DNA of 64,000 nucleotides, taken from contig CAZSJW010000001.1 of assembly GCA_964607285.1 (NCBI GenBank), positions 2,514-66,513 of the forward strand, in the 5' to 3' direction. Below are positions 20,001 to 26,841 of the stretch, one piece after another. Below the pieces are notes generated by a model that worked only from the letters and a program-made list of their open reading frames with translations, was not told the DNA's origin and did not search any database. Origin of the DNA: an uncultured Pseudomonadales bacterium (GTDB lineage Bacteria > Patescibacteriota > Microgenomatia > UBA1400 > PJMF01). A program made the position numbers and the translations under genes. Within the stretch, counting starts at the first letter, position 1; the number at the start of each line of letters is the position of its first letter.

Positions 20001-20408
20001 CCAGGATTTAGTGTTCTGTTTGAGATTCAGCTGTTCTAGTGTTTGCGCAGTGAGGACGTATGCTCCAAGCACTCCGACTAGCAGCATGAGGTACATAAAT
20101 GCGTAGCGCAGGTACTGCAAAGGTATAAATAAACCAAGCACAGCTTGTGTTACAGCATGAAATAGTTGCGCAGAGTACCCATGCCCGCCAAGTAGTCCCA
20201 GTCCTTGGAAGCTTTGCCAGGCACCAGTTATTGAACGCTCAATGTTGAGTGCAGGGTTAAACTCACTGGCCATAGTATCCCAGCTGAGAAACCAGGTACC
20301 AAGTTCAGTATTAGTTAGGACAATTGCCAACCAGGCAACAAACACTACAACCACGCCCAAGTGTTTACTGAGCAAAGACTGGAATGAGCTTTTTAAGCCG
20401 TGCCACAT
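17022..20408 (-). CDS. Large polytopic membrane protein (1128 aa), possible GT-C superfamily glycosyltransferase (AftD/DUF3367-like) with a big extracytoplasmic domain
   Basis: More than 10 N-terminal TM helices. The first loop (WFLSWDT...NPALNIERSITGAWQ...GHGYSAQLFH) resembles the AftD-type loop. Roughly 600-aa soluble C-terminal region and a final TM helix. The family call is weak. Confidence 0.45.
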   Translation of the reverse strand: MWHGLKSSFQSLLSKHLGVVVVFVAWLAIVLTNTELGTWFLSWDTMASEFNPALNIERSITGAWQSFQGLGLLGGHGYSAQLFHAVTQAVLGLFIPLQYLRYAFMYLMLLVGVLGAYVLTAQTLEQLNLKQNTKSWAATIGALLYLLHPGTVQTFYVALEPFAVMYGVLPWVLWSFVGLLENRTTRKLVVFFLLNLYLSIIGFIPPLFITYGLFLGCAASTAFFIHPKRWETVRTSLLAVLIVLATNAYWLAPVAYFTATQGDHYLFAKLNQITTTEFIYTTRATGNLAEVSLLEGFLFDSYDQARFDSGSPLELILTPWKQHLESPVVRMIGYSIALLSLWGVGWGAVRLSKRSATATGLAIAAVCTFVLLLTDTWPLTYVSDAIRFVPILNQAFRIPYSKLSMSASLFLSLWAAVGISGLFELFSRRLTQQTIARARNTTGIVCVLCVLWLSWPSMQGHFLYQGARVKLPEEYTEVMEYFAKRPRYGRVAVFPIYTYTGWDMHSWMEHRGYTGSGFLWYGMHQPILGRSFDVWSPFNETYRLEMQRAVYNQDVDQLDRLLQKYNIAHVLLDDSVYLPNTNKEVFFVAELQAMLAMLPGVEKVGTLGSISLYQNKSVAVAPVSAVQSATYTTANSLYSRFDPSTLLTTDTITADETIPHTIYPFANLQQESIPITNTSNGPSFVAHETLSGQYELTFPPLTQGQYLSQTAKLAYSDAELKIAFSTPLRVLAGDTSIEFPTLPSVAVPLAVSPEALTIELNGQVIELKANSEQAVSLTGLRYGEEITINYFDTAIATPSATHILIESSDLHTATIPSAIWNELQLPTTSVRLDQDQPTLVLTTIASSNLLDSLHITKFASCTEFDRGSRNKTMTANSVLYENSGGATGCDSFIIPHANNQTPALLRITGKNHAGRNIRAYLENLATNRVDFEHVMTSKEFDMWVTVPDWKNQAISQYSLHFENRSYGTELAQNELNAISIQPMPASFEWLSQVALIPKNTQLYSTNLAVNTIKRWGTGTYWVELNGENGVMSLNESRNPGWRAYVWDGTSVWSALQSVLKHQQIKAEVTVNNWAQGWFIPEGVTTIIVIHDAQILLFIGIWILLVCSFLVATGLLQRQKTPKSNSPAT

Positions 20409-21720
20409 ACTGCCATTCTAGAGTGTTTCTGAGCGGGTTGGAAGTGTAGATGGTAGTGAGCTCTTCTTGCAGGCGCACTTCTGGTGATCGTTGCACAGCG
20501 AGGTCTTTAGCAAGGGCAGCAATTTTTCTGCGTACAGAAACTTTACCCAGTAGTCTGAGGTGCTCTACGAACGAGCGTTTGTTTCGCTTAAAGACCAACT
20601 TGTCTGTAGAGATTGCGTGTTTGGCTAGCAGCTCTTGGATATCACCACTCTGTAAATATGCACCTAAGTCTTTGGAAAGTATGAAGGGTACGCCGTAGGC
20701 AATACCTTCACCCCAGGATGCAGATGCACCAAGGATGCCACGGTATGGTAGTACTGCCATATCTGCAACAGCAAAGTAACGGCTGAGCTCTGCATCAGGA
20801 ATGAAGCCAGTCAGACGAATGTTTTTAGAGTGCACTGCAGCCTGACTGAGTGAGCGGTAGAACTGCTCATAGTGGGTTTTTCCCGTTTGGGATGGGGCTT
20901 TTCCCCCTGCCAAAATAAGATGCAGTTCTGCATCCCCCAACTGATCTGCAGCAATATCTCGAACTGCATTCACCAGCCAATCAACACCTTTGTATCGAGT
21001 CATGAAGCCGAAACAGACTAAGACTAAATCATTTGGTTTGAAACCCATTCTGGCTCTCCAGTAGCGGCGGCCCTTTAGATTTTTTGGGTACACCCAGAGA
21101 GGTGATACAACTAATTTTTGTTGTGCTACATATGGGGAGAGACGTTGGCGCATGCTGTCATCTAGACAAATAATTTGATCAAGACACATACCGAGTACTC
21201 GGTAGTACCAAGGCAAAAGTTTGGTTAGTGCCTGCATAGTTTTGCCAGTCTGCGAACGACCCAAGTGGCGAGCTAGAAAGCCAAAATTTGTGATCACATT
21301 ATGTGCAAAGTAACTGAGGAAGTATCCTGCACTTCTCAGAGCAAGATAAAAAGGAAGGGCAGCGGCCATCTGCAGCATGTTTCCACTGGTGTAAAACTCA
21401 GAGTGGATATGTAAATGTTTTGCTTTATTGAATAGTCTCAATGCTTGGGAGATCTGAAGGTACATTTTAGGAGACGCTGAAAAAACTGGCAGCACTAAGA
21501 CTCTGCCTCGCTCCAGAAGCTGTGGTTTGCGGTCATATTCCTGCTGAACTAAAACCACAAATCGCTGTTTTGTGCTGCGAGCGACAGTGCCAACAGTTTG
21601 CTGGGTGTACTTTGCTACACCATGATATGAGTGGGCAATGTTCTGGTAGGGGTACTTGGAAAGCACCAAGATCGTATCTGGCGAGTTGAATCGCGAAATG
21701 ATCTGTTTTGATAGTTTCAT
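20365..21720 (-). CDS. Glycosyltransferase family 4 (GT-B fold)
   Basis: C-terminal region LPYRGILGASASWGEGIAYGVPFILSKDLGA matches the GT4 E-x7-E region. 451 aa; overlaps the upstream gene by 44 nt. Confidence 0.65.
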   Translation of the reverse strand: MKLSKQIISRFNSPDTILVLSKYPYQNIAHSYHGVAKYTQQTVGTVARSTKQRFVVLVQQEYDRKPQLLERGRVLVLPVFSASPKMYLQISQALRLFNKAKHLHIHSEFYTSGNMLQMAAALPFYLALRSAGYFLSYFAHNVITNFGFLARHLGRSQTGKTMQALTKLLPWYYRVLGMCLDQIICLDDSMRQRLSPYVAQQKLVVSPLWVYPKNLKGRRYWRARMGFKPNDLVLVCFGFMTRYKGVDWLVNAVRDIAADQLGDAELHLILAGGKAPSQTGKTHYEQFYRSLSQAAVHSKNIRLTGFIPDAELSRYFAVADMAVLPYRGILGASASWGEGIAYGVPFILSKDLGAYLQSGDIQELLAKHAISTDKLVFKRNKRSFVEHLRLLGKVSVRRKIAALAKDLAVQRSPEVRLQEELTTIYTSNPLRNTLEWQYVARLKKLIPVFAQ

Positions 21721-21782
21721 GAAGACCTATAATATAACAAAATGGGGGAAAAGTCAAGGAAATTGGCTTGAAATGACTAGCT

Positions 21783-23432
21783 TCAGTCGTCTAACGAATA
21801 TGCTGCGAAAACATCTGTATAGACTGGTGATAGGTTGCCTTTAGGGTCGACAATCCAGAAGCCTCTACATTGATTTGCCTCTGGTTCAGGAACGGAGCAT
21901 TCGTTATCGAGGAGCTGCCAGTAGAAAACAAATGCCGCATGTGCTGCAAGAGCAGCAGCTGTGGCCTCTCTAACTAACTTTTTTGCGTCCTCGGGTGTGT
22001 AAGAACCTGGTCCATGAGGGACGCCTAGTTCACTGATAAACACCTTGGAGTGAGGAAAAGTTACTTGCAAGTACTCGAATGCACGGCTGAAGGCAGTTAA
22101 TCCCGCCTCAAGAATGGTGTCATAAGCAGAGTATCCGATATAGTCTGGTGTAAAGTCGAGTTGTGGAATAACTGCAGTGGCTGCTCTAACCTTCTCATAC
22201 CGAGCATCTTGCACACGGTTCACCTCAACTGAATGAGTAAGTTGTAACTGGGTGTTTGGATTCTGTGACTTGGCATCAGCGATAGCACGATGAATTGTGT
22301 TGAGATACTTGATGGCATTAGCGACTGCAAGCTCTGAAGCATCAAGCTCTCTTGCTGCCCAACCACCCTGAGCCTCAAGCATGTGCCAATCAAGTTCGTT
22401 AGGCGTCTGGATAATTATTTCTTTATCTAGATGACCATAGTTTCTTAGTAAATGTGAGACGAAGTCAAAAAACTCATTGTATGTGGACTGTAATTGCTGT
22501 TCAGTCAGGGGCTGATGAGAAATATTCCAAGCTGTGGCTGATTCTGGTAGTCCTGCTTCGGTAGTCACTACTAGGTGTTTTAGTTGGGGATGTTGGAATA
22601 CCCAGCCGAACTCAGAGGACTGAGCTACATCGAGAATAGTAACGCGCTCTGGGTCACTTGGACAAAAGCCAGTGAATTGATACACCCCATGTGGGTAGCG
22701 CGTCTTGTCAGGATGAGTGCCACAAATTACTCTGGGAGAAATTTCAACCTCTAGGGAAGAAAAGCCAAGCTGTGTAGCCATTTCTACCCCATCTGCGAGA
22801 AACTCTCTGCCAGTTTGTGGGTAAAGACCTGCAATGTGTGATACACCGATGCGCTCGTCTAGGTGCACAAGCTGTGGCTGAACTTCGCGAGTAAACTCGG
22901 CATCTGGTGAGTTGGTAGTTGGTGTTGCTTCGGGATCATGTGCGGTTGCAGGAGTGACTTGAGGTATGGGGGCACCTTCCTTCTTGCGCAGGCAAGCACT
23001 CAGTCCTAATAGCAGCATGCTAACGGTACAGGCAGATGTTTGTGTCAGGAAACGGCGTCTGGAGCGAGCCAGGAGCTTTTTGCGTTCTAAGATTTTTTGT
23101 TGCAGGGTAAGGCGATGTTGAATGGTGAGCAACATACTCCGTTCTACGGGTGTGTACTTTTTGGTTGCTTGGTTTGCAGAGTAAAGCTGCTCTTGAAGGT
23201 AAGATTGCAACAGTTCAAGTACCGAATAGTATTGATCTTTGTTAGCACTCGCGAGCCCGTCGGGAGTGATTGGCAAAAGTTGCTTGGCGCAGTTTATGAC
23301 ATCGGGAAATGAGAGCTTGCCGCTGGAAAGTTTTTGTAAGCTTTGGGGTAAGGTGTTGTTTTTAGCCGTTTCGGGGTGAGGCAGCTCTCGAGGCTGTTGG
23401 ACTGATTGTTCGGTATTTGTATAAAGAACCAT
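21783..23432 (-). CDS. Clan GH-A (GH5-like) glycoside hydrolase, membrane-anchored or TAT lipoprotein
   Basis: IIIQTPNELDWH is consistent with the NEP-type acid/base strand. ISELGV is consistent with the nucleophile strand. SRRRFLTQTSACTVSMLLLGLSAC resembles a twin-arginine signal plus lipobox after a ~100-aa N-terminal region. An alternative start is possible near 23135. Confidence 0.55.
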   Translation of the reverse strand: MVLYTNTEQSVQQPRELPHPETAKNNTLPQSLQKLSSGKLSFPDVINCAKQLLPITPDGLASANKDQYYSVLELLQSYLQEQLYSANQATKKYTPVERSMLLTIQHRLTLQQKILERKKLLARSRRRFLTQTSACTVSMLLLGLSACLRKKEGAPIPQVTPATAHDPEATPTTNSPDAEFTREVQPQLVHLDERIGVSHIAGLYPQTGREFLADGVEMATQLGFSSLEVEISPRVICGTHPDKTRYPHGVYQFTGFCPSDPERVTILDVAQSSEFGWVFQHPQLKHLVVTTEAGLPESATAWNISHQPLTEQQLQSTYNEFFDFVSHLLRNYGHLDKEIIIQTPNELDWHMLEAQGGWAARELDASELAVANAIKYLNTIHRAIADAKSQNPNTQLQLTHSVEVNRVQDARYEKVRAATAVIPQLDFTPDYIGYSAYDTILEAGLTAFSRAFEYLQVTFPHSKVFISELGVPHGPGSYTPEDAKKLVREATAAALAAHAAFVFYWQLLDNECSVPEPEANQCRGFWIVDPKGNLSPVYTDVFAAYSLDD

Positions 23433-23510
23433 GGTGTGGCTGATTATACGGTAAGGTAGTGGGTGTTTGCTGGGTTAGTTTGGTGCATGGAAGAGACTGA
23501 CTTGATACAA

Positions 23511-23540
23511 AAAGCCCCTCTTGGGGGAGGGGCTTTTCGA
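23511..23540 (-). terminator. Rho-independent terminator (bidirectional-type hairpin) downstream of the repeat-protein gene
   Basis: AAAAGCCCCTC-TTGGGG-GAGGGGCTTTT hairpin flanked by A- and T-runs. Confidence 0.6.
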
Positions 23541-23562
23541 TGATTGTTGGTTTTGGGTGGGG

Positions 23563-24132
23563 TTAGGAGGACGGCTCGAACCAGAAGGTGGCACCTGTGT
23601 CCCACCCTCTCGCATAGTAGTCGTTGTAAGCCAGTTGCCAGCTAGGGTGAGTGTTTAGCTCACCTCCAACATCCACAACATGGTTTCCGCTGACATTCGG
23701 ACACGGATTTTCGTTCGGAATTTCTGAGTGAGGAGGCACTGGCCAAGCCACGCCACCTGTGCAGTATCCCGCGGGGGGTTGCATGGGGCCTGAAAACAGT
23801 ATCGGGAGAAAAATCACATTTGTGCCTCCCTGCATAGGCTCGAACCAGAAGGTGGCACCTGTGTCCCACCCTCTCGCATAGTAGTCGTTGTAAGCCAGTT
23901 GCCAGCTAGGGTGAGTGTTTAGCTCACCTCCAACATCCACAACATGGTTTCCGCTGACATTCGGACACGGATTTTCGTTCGGAATTTCTGAGTGAGGAGG
24001 CACTGGCCAAGCCACGCCACCTGTGCAGTATCCCGCGGGGGGGGTCACTGTTCCGCCCTGCCCATGCACAACAAGGGCAGTCAGCAGTGAAAAGAAAAAA
24101 ACAAGCATAGTCATTGTCAACTTGCGTTCCAT
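23563..24132 (-). CDS. Secreted Cys-rich protein made of two identical 88-aa repeats
   Basis: Signal peptide MERKLTMTMLVFFFSLLTALVVHG, then PPAGYCTGGVAWPVPPHSEIPNENPCPNVSGNHVVDVGGELNTHPSWQLAYNDYYARGWDTGATFWFEP twice. GC-richer than the neighbouring genes. Confidence 0.7.
   Translation of the reverse strand: MERKLTMTMLVFFFSLLTALVVHGQGGTVTPPAGYCTGGVAWPVPPHSEIPNENPCPNVSGNHVVDVGGELNTHPSWQLAYNDYYARGWDTGATFWFEPMQGGTNVIFLPILFSGPMQPPAGYCTGGVAWPVPPHSEIPNENPCPNVSGNHVVDVGGELNTHPSWQLAYNDYYARGWDTGATFWFEPSS
23573..24044. repeat. Perfect tandem duplication: two copies of ~206 bp at 264-bp period
   Basis: 23573-23778 is identical to 23837-24042. The copies differ only in a homopolymer G-run (6 G at 23773-23778 versus 8 G at 24037-24044). 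Confidence 0.9.
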
Positions 24133-24527
24133 TCGTATCTACCTCCACTTACACCAGCCATCCCAATCCCCGAAGTGGGGCGGGTAGGCGTGGCGATCGA
24201 GCACTTTTCCAGAGAAAAGAACCCCATCACCACGCCCGAGGCGTGCGTTTGCGGGAGGTGCAACCATAGGAACGAGCCATAGGCAGCACAACTAATTCGA
24301 GTCGCAATATACCACTTGTTAACGAACAATCATCGAGAACTGGAGCGGAATGGTTCAGCAGGCAGCAATTGCCTGGAAACAGTCACGCGCCAGGGTGCCA
24401 ATCACTTGGCAGCGTGTATTATACCCCTATAGACTTATAACGTCAATATTATAGGTTCATACATGCAGTTTGACTCCAGGCTAAATATGATGTAAAATAA
24501 CCAAATAAGTATTGAAATGGAGATTAT

Positions 24528-24791
24528 ATGAAAATTGAAACTATGTCCACACCACTCGCTGCTTTATTTGTAGCTGTAGCTATCGCTGCAACCGCAGGTT
24601 TAGCTTACACTGCTGCTCAACAGCAGATGCGAAACCAAGCTGTGGAGAGTTGTTTCCGCGCTGGTATGGTGGAGTCTGTCCGCGAAGGCGAAGGAGAGAC
24701 TAAAGAGCTAAAAATCACTGAGCCAGTTCGTGAAATCTACACATACTGCTTGCAAGACAAGGGGTATACCTCTGTCATTCAGGGTAAGTAG
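24528..24791 (+). CDS. Hypothetical small exported or membrane protein
   Basis: 87 aa with an N-terminal hydrophobic segment; GGAG RBS 7 nt upstream. Confidence 0.45.
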   Translation: MKIETMSTPLAALFVAVAIAATAGLAYTAAQQQMRNQAVESCFRAGMVESVREGEGETKELKITEPVREIYTYCLQDKGYTSVIQGK

Positions 24792-25708
24792 GTATCCCTG
24801 GGATCTAAAGTCGGATCAGTTTTTTCTAACACCACACTGAAGGGTGATGTCCCGCTGTAGTGTTTTGCGTCCATCATGGCGTATGCTTCTAGTTCGTACC
24901 CAGTAGTTAGATCCATAATTTGCTCGTACAGGGTATTAAATTTGCCTCGGAGGTATCTTAGTGGTAAAGCTAGAACCAAACTGATTGAGATTGCCCCTAA
25001 AGCCGAGGGGTTTGTAAGTGCTTGCTCAGCGATGGCAAAACCTGAGATAAATGCAGCTCCCGTGAAAGCCGCAAAGGTTTTGAGACGAAACTCTAAAATT
25101 CTACGATGAGCCTGTTTCATTTCTTTTGTTGGCCCTTTGACCCTTTGTATTAGATGTTGCCGTTCATGTCTCCACATTGCATCGAGAAGTTGTCGGAAAT
25201 ATTGGGGTTTATATTCCTCTGGTAAGTTTCTAGGAAAAAATAGTCGGTGTGTATGAGGCGTCCCTTTGGTAAACAGTGAATACAGAGATAGAATGTCAAA
25301 CTGCATTTTTGGTTCTGTTAGTAGCAACCGGTGATTCAATTTATCAACTTGATCTGCTGCAGACATTAGTATTGGTACGTCCAACTTTAGAATCTGGTTT
25401 GCGTGTTCAGTATCATTGGACATCACACCAGCTTTAATGCTGCGCACTAGCTCGGATTGATTTGTTTGGCTGCTAATGATCGGTACAAAGGTGTCCGAAA
25501 TCCGTTCCGCTTCAGCCTCTGATAGACCTTGTCGAATTGCTTCTGCTTTGAGGTCTGCTCTCATGCGTGCAGTATCGATTCTGATAATTGCATGTGCTTC
25601 GGAAATCTGTATACCAATCTCGTATACTCGATCCTTCAGGAGCTCAGTCACTTGCTTTTCAGAGATGTGTCGTTGTGTTGAGCCCTCACTTGGATTTTTT
25701 TCTGACAT
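24779..25708 (-). CDS. Hypothetical protein (309 aa) with a C-terminal TM pair; intact copy of a tandem paralog family
   Basis: Contains LDAMWRHERQHL and ELEAYAMMDAKHYSGTSPF segments shared with the downstream frameshifted copy. No family recognised. Confidence 0.55.
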   Translation of the reverse strand: MSEKNPSEGSTQRHISEKQVTELLKDRVYEIGIQISEAHAIIRIDTARMRADLKAEAIRQGLSEAEAERISDTFVPIISSQTNQSELVRSIKAGVMSNDTEHANQILKLDVPILMSAADQVDKLNHRLLLTEPKMQFDILSLYSLFTKGTPHTHRLFFPRNLPEEYKPQYFRQLLDAMWRHERQHLIQRVKGPTKEMKQAHRRILEFRLKTFAAFTGAAFISGFAIAEQALTNPSALGAISISLVLALPLRYLRGKFNTLYEQIMDLTTGYELEAYAMMDAKHYSGTSPFSVVLEKTDPTLDPRDTYLP

Positions 25709-25747
25709 ACTACAATGAGTATACAGGAAACCGTGGTAGTTAGAACT

Positions 25748-26724
25748 TTAACTAAAGTATTTTTTGTGAGGATCCATGTTCGGATCAGCTTTTTCAAGCC
25801 GAACAGTGAATGGTGAGTTGGCTCTGTGGTGTTCTGCAGTCATCATGGCGTAGGCCTCAATTTCTTCGTTACTTAGCAAGTTTAGCGCTCTGTCACTAAT
25901 CATACTCACAAGTATGCTAACTGGCATAGCTAGTCCAATTGAGACGTTTACACTTGGAGGTAGCTGAAGATTCAGCAAAGACAATCCAGTAGAAGCCCAA
26001 GAAAGAAACAAAGCACCTTTAAAGACGGAGCGCATTAGGTTAGCAATTTTACGATGTCTAATATGTGAATCTGTGATTCCCTTATCCTTCTCTGGCTTTA
26101 AGTATTGCACTAAATGCTCACGCTCGTGTCGCCACATCGCATCCAGTGCTTGCTTGATGTACTGAGTTTTCATTTCTGGAGGCAGCGTATCTTTGGGAAA
26201 AACCACACGAACAGAACTTAGTGCATGTTTGCTAAATAAGGAGTGTATGCTGATGATATCAGGACTTACTTTAGCCGAGCGTAGTTGAAATCGATGATTG
26301 AAACGAGTCTCTTTTCAAATGTTTCGAGTATCCCTTCCCAGTCAAATCCGAGCATTGAGCCAAGCTCAGCAACTTTTCTTACGAATGTCCCTTGGTCTTG
26401 CTCATTTTTTCCAGGTCTTCGTCTTTGATTAAAAAGTACAATATTGTCTCTACCAATTATTGGGAAAAAAAGTTTTGCTGCTAGTTCTGCCCTGGGCTCA
26501 GAAACCCCTTGCTGTATAGCATACTCGTAGAGATCCTGGCGCATCTTACCTGTATCTACTGAAATAGTTGCGATGTCATCATCAAAGGGTTGGATAAGCT
26601 CATACACTTGATCTTCACCCAGTTCCAGTAGTTCCTCATCTGTGATTTCCTGAGGTCTGACAGGAGCGATATCTAAAGTATTTGGATGTAAAGTATCTGT
26701 AGAATGTGTCTCATCGTAGTTCAT
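25748..26724 (-). pseudogene. Frameshifted tandem paralog of the 24779-25708 gene (split into two 152-aa ORFs)
   Basis: ORF 26266-26724 aligns to the N-terminal half of the 309-aa paralog. ORF 25748-26206 aligns to its C-terminal half. The downstream frame stays open upstream of its GTG start and reads ...DIISIHSLFSK..., matching DILSLYSLFTK in the intact copy. This indicates a frameshift near 26265-26300. Confidence 0.55.
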
Positions 26725-26841
26725 AGTTGTTTATCCCTATTGTTTGGGAACTATCCAGATACCAGCGTAGCATACGCAACAGAGCTTGAGAAGCCAACAC
26801 TGACTTGCGGAAACGGTGATAAATCAGCATACTGTGAGCAG

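Noticed and set aside
24340-24420. Possible TPP riboswitch (GGTGCC ... GGCAGCGTG resemblance)
   Set aside because: The invariant CUGAGA and ACCUGAUC elements are absent and the downstream gene is unrelated to thiamine. It is kept only as a generic structured leader.
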